A stretch of DNA of 58,315 nucleotides, counting the filler, from Sphacelaria rigidula (taxonomy: Eukaryota), in assembly GCA_964200075.2 (NCBI GenBank). It is 5 parts of 5 records of this genome, joined end to end, with 100 filler letters (N's around TTAATTAATTAA, not from the genome) between each part and the next. Parts side by side here need not be neighbours in the genome. Positions count along the whole stretch, not along the records: positions 46,734 to 58,315 come from CAXNAA020004749.1; 4 more parts are not named here. One strand, given 5' to 3'. This document shows, one piece after another, positions 51,098-58,315 of this stretch. The notes under the pieces are model-generated. The model made no database searches. It was given only the letters and a program-made list of their open reading frames with translations, and was not told the DNA's origin. The stretch's first letter is position 1, and each line of letters begins with the position of its first letter. The translations under genes and the position numbers were made by a program.

Positions 51098-51692
51098 CTG
51101 AGATTGGCGCCGGCCCCAAGCAACCACGAGCACAGATGCGACAAGTCGGAAGTCGGATCATGGCAACAAGAAAAAGAAGCGGAGTAAAACCAAACGAGAC
51201 AGGAATGCGCGACATATACGTATATCTATATATGTTTCCCGCATTACTTTCAACCCTTCCCCTTCGTCGGGACGAGTCCGCAGTGATCAACCCGACTCTC
51301 CGCTGGCACACGCCTGACCTTGCGGTATCGCGGATGGGATCCGTACCCCCGCGCACCGTCAGCTGTCGTTAATTTTTCATCGCTGCTCAGGTCCTAAAAC
51401 TTTCAAGGACGGGAACCAGGTTCTGTTGGAAAAATACGTGTCTGTGGGAATTCAAACTCACAGCCTTCAGCCTCAAGTGGTTCATGGTGTTCCATGATCA
51501 TTCAGACCATAGGTGCGCGGCAGCGCAAAGAATGATGCCATGTAAATACTGACTGTAGTGCACAACGTGTTGTGGATCACCATCGTTGTACGCCGGTTGG
51601 ATATCATGGAAGAATGGAGGAAGACCATACATGCAGGTTAACGGTGGCTCGTCTGGTGCCACCAAACGTGGAACTGAAGAGAATGATCCCAC

Positions 51693-51776
51693 CTTTTGTC
51701 TTGGGCTAGGAGTACGATGGACACCGTCAGCTGCCCCGCTGGCTGCACCACCCCCTGGTTGGGACGCACAAGGTAC
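51693..51776 (-). CDS. VAP/MSP-domain protein exon
   Basis: attcag|(R)YLVRPNQGVVQPAGQLTVSIVLLAQDK(R)|gtggga; completes FKVKTT.P.RY.VRPN.G; phase 2/2. Confidence 0.93.
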
Positions 51777-52228
51777 CTGAATAAATAAGACCAAAAGCAA
51801 AATCGAAGTGTGCCAAAAGTGAGTTTTAAACGAAAAAGGTAACTATACACATATCATAATATATACTGCAGCACCACAAAAATCACATAATAATGAGCGT
51901 GACTGCTCCTTATGTCAGTCAGAGCATGGCGTCGCATCGACCACTCGCCCCGAAGAAGGGCCAAAGCTCATGAGCGTAGGGCGGCGCGTACACTACGCCA
52001 AGTTGACAAGGGGTTTCAGTGGGTATGACCCCCACACTGCCTTGAGCAAAGCTTTCCGAACGCTCGAGGCGCCTACCTCATATGACTACCGTGAGGCGGT
52101 CTAGCCGATCCTATCGGCACGCGAACCCGTTTGCGAGGGAAGTCTGGGGTGCGGTTTTCTGATTTCATTCAAGGAAAGACAGAAAACGCCCGGAACTAAA
52201 GTCTAACTTACGATGTGGTTGACATTAC

Positions 52229-52292
52229 TGATTGATTGATTGCCGCACTTTCACTGATGCCTCCAGGAGTCATGATCCAACCGTGGTCATTA
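52229..52292 (-). mobile_element. Diverged third copy of the (AATC)n-tailed retroposon
   Basis: GATTGATTGATTGCCGCACTTTCACTGA...CCAACCGTGGTC. Confidence 0.5.
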
Positions 52293-52567
52293 TGCGCATG
52301 ATAGACGTACGTACCCGAGACAATGACAAAATCGAAACACTCGCTCGAGAAAAAGGAAGGAATAAAACAACAGAAACAAAGAAAAAATTAAATGACCGGC
52401 CTCTGCCACAAGGCTTCGATGGGAAAGATCTTGCGCAGAAACCTCACTTACACCCAATCGCAAAAAACAAAAGGCCGTGGGAAAAGATATTGTACGATTG
52501 GAATACTCTCATATGTCAGTACCGCGTAGTGCAATGGAGTAGAGCACAGTAAACCTCTTGTTCACAC

Positions 52568-52638
52568 CTTTTGGGCTTGGTTGTCTTGACTTTGAACGCT
52601 ACGGGCGTGCTTCCCGGATTGTTCAAATTTAACGAGCA
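52568..52638 (-). CDS. VAP/MSP-domain protein exon with the VAP signature
   Basis: atccag|CSLNLNNPGSTPVAFKVKTTKPK(R)|gtgtga; phase 0 to 2. Confidence 0.93.
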
Positions 52639-53230
52639 CTGGATATTCGTCGCGTTTGTTGTTGCAACATCAACAGTGTCGTCGTTGCCATGTCGCAGCC
52701 GTCATTTTCGTTGCCATAAATTATCAGAGATCGAGAGGAGGGCAGGTGAGGGCGGTACGGCGGAGGGGGGGGGGGCGAGGGGGTACGGGTGAAACGAGAT
52801 TTTAAGGTATTGCTACAACCGACTTATGGATGTGTGCCGGAGAAAGATGGGGAGCGGAGGAATGTATCAGGGAAACTCAGTTAAAAAATAGTGGTGACGA
52901 GTTCGGATATATTGTAGTAGCAATGAACGGTCACACTGATACCGTAATCTGGGCCACAGATCTCAGATAACGAGTGACAGTCAGTAAGCGAATGATGTAT
53001 GTACACAGTAGTACATGCTGCGCTCGTGCTAGTCGTATGCATGTATCCTATCGCACACCGCATTACATATTCAAGTAAATTTGGAAACGTTCATGGAAGG
53101 CTGTCGCACTACTACAGGAGGGAGACGCACAGGGCGGTATAAGATGGCGAAATACGCACGCAAAAAGTGTGCCAGTAAGCTGTATGCGCGGTTCGCAACT
53201 TCATCCCTGTCGTCGTAAGGTGCAACTGAC

Positions 53231-53272
53231 CTCTGCGTTGCCTTCTCCATCCTCGAGGGCGAAGTCCAAGAA
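53231..53272 (-). CDS. VAP/MSP-domain protein, 42-nt exon
   Basis: cggcag|FLDFALEDGEGNAE|gtcagt; 'L.F' strand of MSP; phase 0/0. Confidence 0.65.
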
Positions 53273-53428
53273 CTGCCGTAAAACCGACCAGTGCAATCCA
53301 GTCCGGAAGATTTTGAGGAATCGCAAACGTCGCGCGATTGTAGCACACACACACAGGAATGGGTCGTTGGTTGGCGTTTTCGCTTCAAGCATCTGCAGTG
53401 GGACGGAGTGTATTGAAAACCAACTCAC

Positions 53429-53494
53429 AGTTACAGGGGCAGGTTGTACACAAAGGACTACTTTACTTCGGAATACTTCGTCAGATCTGGGGAA
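53429..53494 (-). CDS. VAP/MSP-domain protein, putative upstream exon
   Basis: cgacag|FPRSDEVFRSKVVLCVQPAPVT|gtgagt; fits the MSP 'L.v.P' start; acceptor and first exon uncertain. Confidence 0.5.
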
Positions 53495-56138
53495 CTGTCG
53501 GGGGTGTCGGCCCCCACTCGCAGGGGCAGAAACGAAAGGGGAAATAGACAGAATCGGACAGATCAAGTACGAGCTGGGCCAGCTGACAGTGATTTTTGAA
53601 CGAATCCTGGCGATGCGATTGGTGATTCGAAGACTTGGGCGCTGAAATTTTCATCCGACATTTTCGTCATCAACCCGCGCAACATCATTGAGGGTGCAGA
53701 GGAAAAACCAAACAAGCAGGAAACTAGAGCGATATGAAGTTTCAACAAAAACAAAAAAAATCCATTACTCCGTGAAAAATGGATAAATACGGCTGCACCC
53801 CGAAAAATGTTGTGGGCACTCGCATCCAGAAGGTTCTGGAAAAGTTTCGGCCAAACATATCTCGAATTGGGCGACGCATCGCACTTTTCGTGTGACACGG
53901 CCACGCCCATCTAATCTAAGTGGTACAGGAAACTCCAGTTATGGAGATGATGAGTTTCAATCCCGACATATTCTCTTTTTTTCGTTCCGCGTTTTTTTTT
54001 CTTCAGTGGCAGTGTCGTGTGTTACCAGGTTGGTCTGCAGTCCACAGCGATATGCTCAAGTCGCGCTGATTTGGGAAACCCGAGACGTTGTGGTGCGGAA
54101 AACCAATGCGGGAATTAATGCTGGCTCAGCTCGTACATGGCGCCTGCAAGATTGGTGATTGACTGGCAGATGGCAGCATGAGTAATTCTACTCCATTACA
54201 ATAACAGCATCGAAGGAAGGATGCTGTTCATCGTAGGATGCTACTCCACGTCCAGGTGGTGGGCGAGTTTCAACCTTGACTTTCCCGAAAACAATGCAAC
54301 TAACGACAGAAGGCGTTCATCACAAGATCTCGACAAGGTCTATATCTAACGACACAACTTGCGCTTGCGAATGTCGAGCAAATCGAGATCGCAAACTTTG
54401 GTGAAGGGGGGTGCTATATTCCGTCCATTACCGGGGCAACTTTTGATACAGACAACAGTATAGTCGGTACAACTACTGTAGTGGTACCAGTGTACTCGTA
54501 GTCACAGTACAGAACAGCCACTGTTGTTCAGTACAACAGTCTTACAATGGCCGTGCAGTTGAACTTTGGCTCGGTCACTACTGTTCCCGACAGTATGTTG
54601 CAAATCAACAAACGTACCATGCGATCAAAGCACAGATTGTCACATGTAAACTGGGTTCCGGTTGCAAGAGGCGCTGGGGCTCAAGAGAGAGCGCCACGGT
54701 GATATTGCCTTCTGTACTGTACAGTGGATAGAGCGCGCGCGCGGGGGGGGAGGGGGGGCAAGAGAAACTCGCCACGGGGTGCGTACGGCTGTTTCAAAAA
54801 GAGAGCAACTGTCAAAAAGGCAAGGCAAGGATATCTTTTTTGAAGAAAGTGGGACGGCTTGAATGCATTTTACTGACCAATCAGGAAGTTACCTTGGAGG
54901 GAGTGAAGTCCAGGACGAACGGGGTGTCTTCCACGACAGTCATGGTGGGATTATCAAATCACCCTCGCCGGCCGCGCTCCCATACGGTAGCCCGACGTGA
55001 TAACTAAAGTTGCGTAGAACGCGGTTTTGTTTTTGTTTATGGTCACGCGCGAGAGATTTGTCAGTATCCATGATCTTTTTGTGCGTCTGGAATGCTATTG
55101 GGAATGCCGCATCAGGAGGACATGGGCAGGAGAAGCTTGTTGAGTACAGCAGGGACCGGGAAAATTTCTTCGAGACTGAGACGGTGAGCCTCTTAGCACA
55201 AACACACAAGTAGCTGTGATGGTCGCAACTTCCACTGACTTGGGGGCGGGTCAACGCTTGGTTGTAAATCCGGCGGGTGATAATCGGTCGTCGAAAAAGG
55301 CGAAGACGAACGATTTTCGGCCATCGATTCATACTATATAGATCGTATGCGAATATGATTTATGATGTTTTTTTCTGCAATCAATCTATCTCTTGCTGTC
55401 CGAAGGCCAACCATGTCTGCATTACATTGCAGAAGGGCGACGAACTAACAGGTCAACGCAAGCCATCAGAATAGTTTGTTTCGATGATTTCTCCGATTTT
55501 TTTATGACTGGAGGTTAGAAGATTGGCTGGAATCTGTTTTTTACTATCACCACCGTTTTTTCCAGTATAAAATGGCCGATAAAAGACTAGTGAGAGACTG
55601 AAGACCGAACAAATATATTCGTATGAAAAATAGCCTGTCGCGTAGCACCAACGGATCGAATAATGTGATAGCCGAATGTGGTGACGAGAAAAACATTCAT
55701 GATGCCCCTAACGGCGCGGTACAACAGTGCTGCGTACACCGTCGTACAGCCTCTCAAAGGATCATGGAGGATGTGGAGAGGCAAGGATTTGAGAGATTGG
55801 TGTTGCACATCGGGAAGCTGTTTGTTGCAGGTAATTCACGCAGCAGTCGCTGTGAAACCCGTGCTGTAAAAATTCAATCGTGTTGGAGTGTAGCGCACGT
55901 GTAACTACTGAAGTCCGCCCTGACGGTGCTGTGCAGTAAGATCCGCTACCGCCCCCCCGCTGGGCAATCGCCTTTGCTATACCAATTGCCAGACCAAGCA
56001 TTGATGTGGGTCGGTGCAGAACTCGTTACTCTAAATTCGAAATGATTTACGACCGCATGCCGACATTCACGAGACGCTATGCAATGAGATCTAGCGAGCG
56101 TTTCTCTCGAGACAACAGTTTACTTGCGTGACCGTCCC

Positions 56139-56664
56139 CAAGGATGTCGGTTGCCAAGGTTTGAACCTCTTGACAGACTGTCAAGCACCAATTGCCTGTC
56201 TTGACAGCCTTGACAGGGTAACGCCTGACCATATAGCTGAAACCCGAAACGCCATTTTTTTTCGGCCATGTTTTCCGAGCAAGTGCGGTACATTTTATAT
56301 TTTGACCAGTTCCAATGTCGTTTTGGGGGTTGTACCCATGCCGCATCCTATTTTTCGGCATACTACAGCATTACAGCAGTCGTATCTGCATGTGCGTGTG
56401 CTGGATTTGAAAAAAAATGCGCCCTGTCTATCTATATTCTATACAAATTCGCTAGAAATTATGCCGGCAAAAAAGACGAATTATGCCAGAAATCATGCCA
56501 GCACAAAGAACTCAGGCCTAGTTGTGTGAAAGGATAAAAAAGGGTTTCTACAGAGATGGGTAGGCGTTGTTTTCCCCGGGGACAGGGGATGTTTTGTCTT
56601 GATGCCACACGTCTTGACAGACAGGCTTGACAGCTTGACAGCTTGACGTCAACCGACATCCTTG
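56139..56664. mobile_element. hAT-like MITE
   Basis: Perfect 15-bp TIRs CAAGGATGTCGGTTG / CAACCGACATCCTTG; clusters of TTGACAG subterminal repeats; TSD not preserved. Confidence 0.75.
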
Positions 56665-56669
56665 TTCCT

Positions 56670-57510
56670 CAGTGTTGTTCGTTTTCCATATTATGTAGGC
56701 GGTGTTTTGGAAGGTCAGACCTTGAGATAACTTGCACCTCTGTTGTGATGATGCCGAAACTTGGAGGATGTGTAGATTGGTACTAGAGCAAGGTGTCGCA
56801 GTCACAGCTGCAGCTGCGCAAGGCGCTGAAGGCGTGGTCTGCATTGAAACGGTGGATACCAGCATGCTTTTTTTCCCAACACTTGCTCTCTGATGACGGG
56901 TATAATGGGTACGGTATCAGTCGGGCACGCGGGCAGCAACGGATCCTGCCAGCCTCATTATAAATCTTCGACCAGTTATGGGCGAACGCTCGAAGAAACC
57001 CAGCTAAAAAACATCGTTCAGGCTCCGTTATATCTGAGGGTTGGGGGCTGAACGTTCCCTCTCCAAGTCGCTCGACAGCTCTACAGTGTTATTCCTTTTC
57101 TATAATATAGAGGCGGTGTTTTGGCAGCTTAGGCGTGAAGAGAATCCGCACCTCGTGTCAGATGACGCCGAAAGTTGGAGAATGTGTAGATTAATATTAG
57201 AGGAAGGTGTCACAGTCACAGCTGCGGCAGGGGAAGTCGATGATGGTCTGGTCTGCATTGATACGGTGGATAATCACTGTGCGTGAGATTTTGTTTTTTC
57301 AACACCCTGCTGTCTGATGACGACTATAGTGGGTACAGTGACAGTTGAGCACGCTGGCTGCAACGGATCCTGCCGGCCTCATCATCAATCTTCGCTCAGT
57401 TATGGATGAACGCTCGAAGAAACCCAACAAACAAGCACCGTTTTTGGTCCGCGATGTATATGAGGGTTGGGAGGTGAACATTTCCGCTCCAAAACGGTCG
57501 ACAGTCAAAG
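56670..57510 (+). repeat. Diverged tandem duplication of a ~415-425 bp unit
   Basis: Units start CAGTGTT at 56670 and 57084; they share AGGCGGTGTTTTGG, GCAACGGATCCTGCC and GAACGCTCGAAGAAACCCA. Confidence 0.88.
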
Positions 57511-58315
57511 GTTAAGTTTCTGTCGCGAGACCAGTTGGTAGCGCGACGGACCCTTGCCGGCGTACCTGGTACTGGGGGCGATATCCCGGTACAGGCGGTC
57601 CCACCATTATCGGGACGACCGTGCAAACAGGCTGGCAGCCGGAGTGGGCGTTCCACTGGTATTCTTCTAGCCTTATTAACTTAGATTTTCTCCGCACAGG
57701 TTTTGCACGTCAATATTTTGGTGATTGCCTCACTTCTACTTCGGCCATGTGATGTTTATTATTTCACGATCTCACCGCCTAGTATATGTGGAAATGTTTT
57801 ACAAGTACACCCTGGACAAGAGCTTTCTACAGTCGGTATACAATTCAAATAATGTACTGTGCACAGTTATTATTATCATTATTATTTCCGCACATTAGTC
57901 CGATCTCGCGAACCCGTGGTCACAGACGTAGGCTNNNNNNNNNNTTACCAGACATATTACCAAAATGAAGAAAAAAATAAAAAGAGCGACGCCACGAAAA
58001 CCGGTGAGAAGTAGCTCCCCCGAGTTCAACGGGGAGAGGAAAGAAAGGAAGAAAAAACAAACAAACAAACAACAAAACGCCAGATCTGTCAGAAGTGTAC
58101 ACCGAAAGAAAGGAAGATAGAAGATAATAAAGGACAAAAAAACAGAGGAAGACACGTGAAACAAGGAGAAGAGTATGGCCACCATGTTAGGGGTTCAGTT
58201 CAGAAACAAAACAAAAAAAAACAGACACCCTCATATACGACTACCACAGCTGTTCGGAGAAAAGTAGCAGCGAGTGTACTGCTCGACTGAACTACAGGTT
58301 ACTTTTTAGAGGTCC

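Noticed and set aside
12978..53494. Functional linkage of MCM9, VAP and the retroelement RTs as one system
   Set aside because: They lie on different, artificially concatenated scaffolds, and the RTs are ordinary disabled LTR-element domains

Overview
Eukaryotic, repeat-rich, intron-rich DNA. The exon/intron style and transposon content suggest a brown alga (Phaeophyceae); this is an inference, not a database result. The window is not one locus. It joins five unrelated scaffolds of 11584, 11584, 11583, 11582 and 11582 bp (1-11584, 11685-23268, 23369-34951, 35052-46633, 46734-58315) with artificial 100-bp N44-TTAATTAATTAA-N44 spacers, so nothing should be inferred across spacers. Scaffold 1 holds a decayed Ty3/gypsy LTR retrotransposon with a very long gag region. 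Scaffold 2 holds the last five exons of an MCM9 helicase gene (+), with TEs in its introns. Scaffold 3 holds a decayed Ty1/copia element (-), a three-level nest of non-autonomous DNA transposons and a chain of palindromes. Scaffold 4 holds a second, unrelated decayed gypsy element (-) and foldback-type repeats. Scaffold 5 holds at least five (probably seven) exons of a VAP/MSP-domain gene (-). The most notable signals are a 1.6-kb 8-bp-TSD transposon family with an apparent target preference and an internal second TIR, a Sola-like MITE family (GAG...CTC ends, 4-bp TSD), and the nested insertions. I found no CRISPR array, rRNA or prokaryotic operon, and no convincing evidence of a new multi-gene system.
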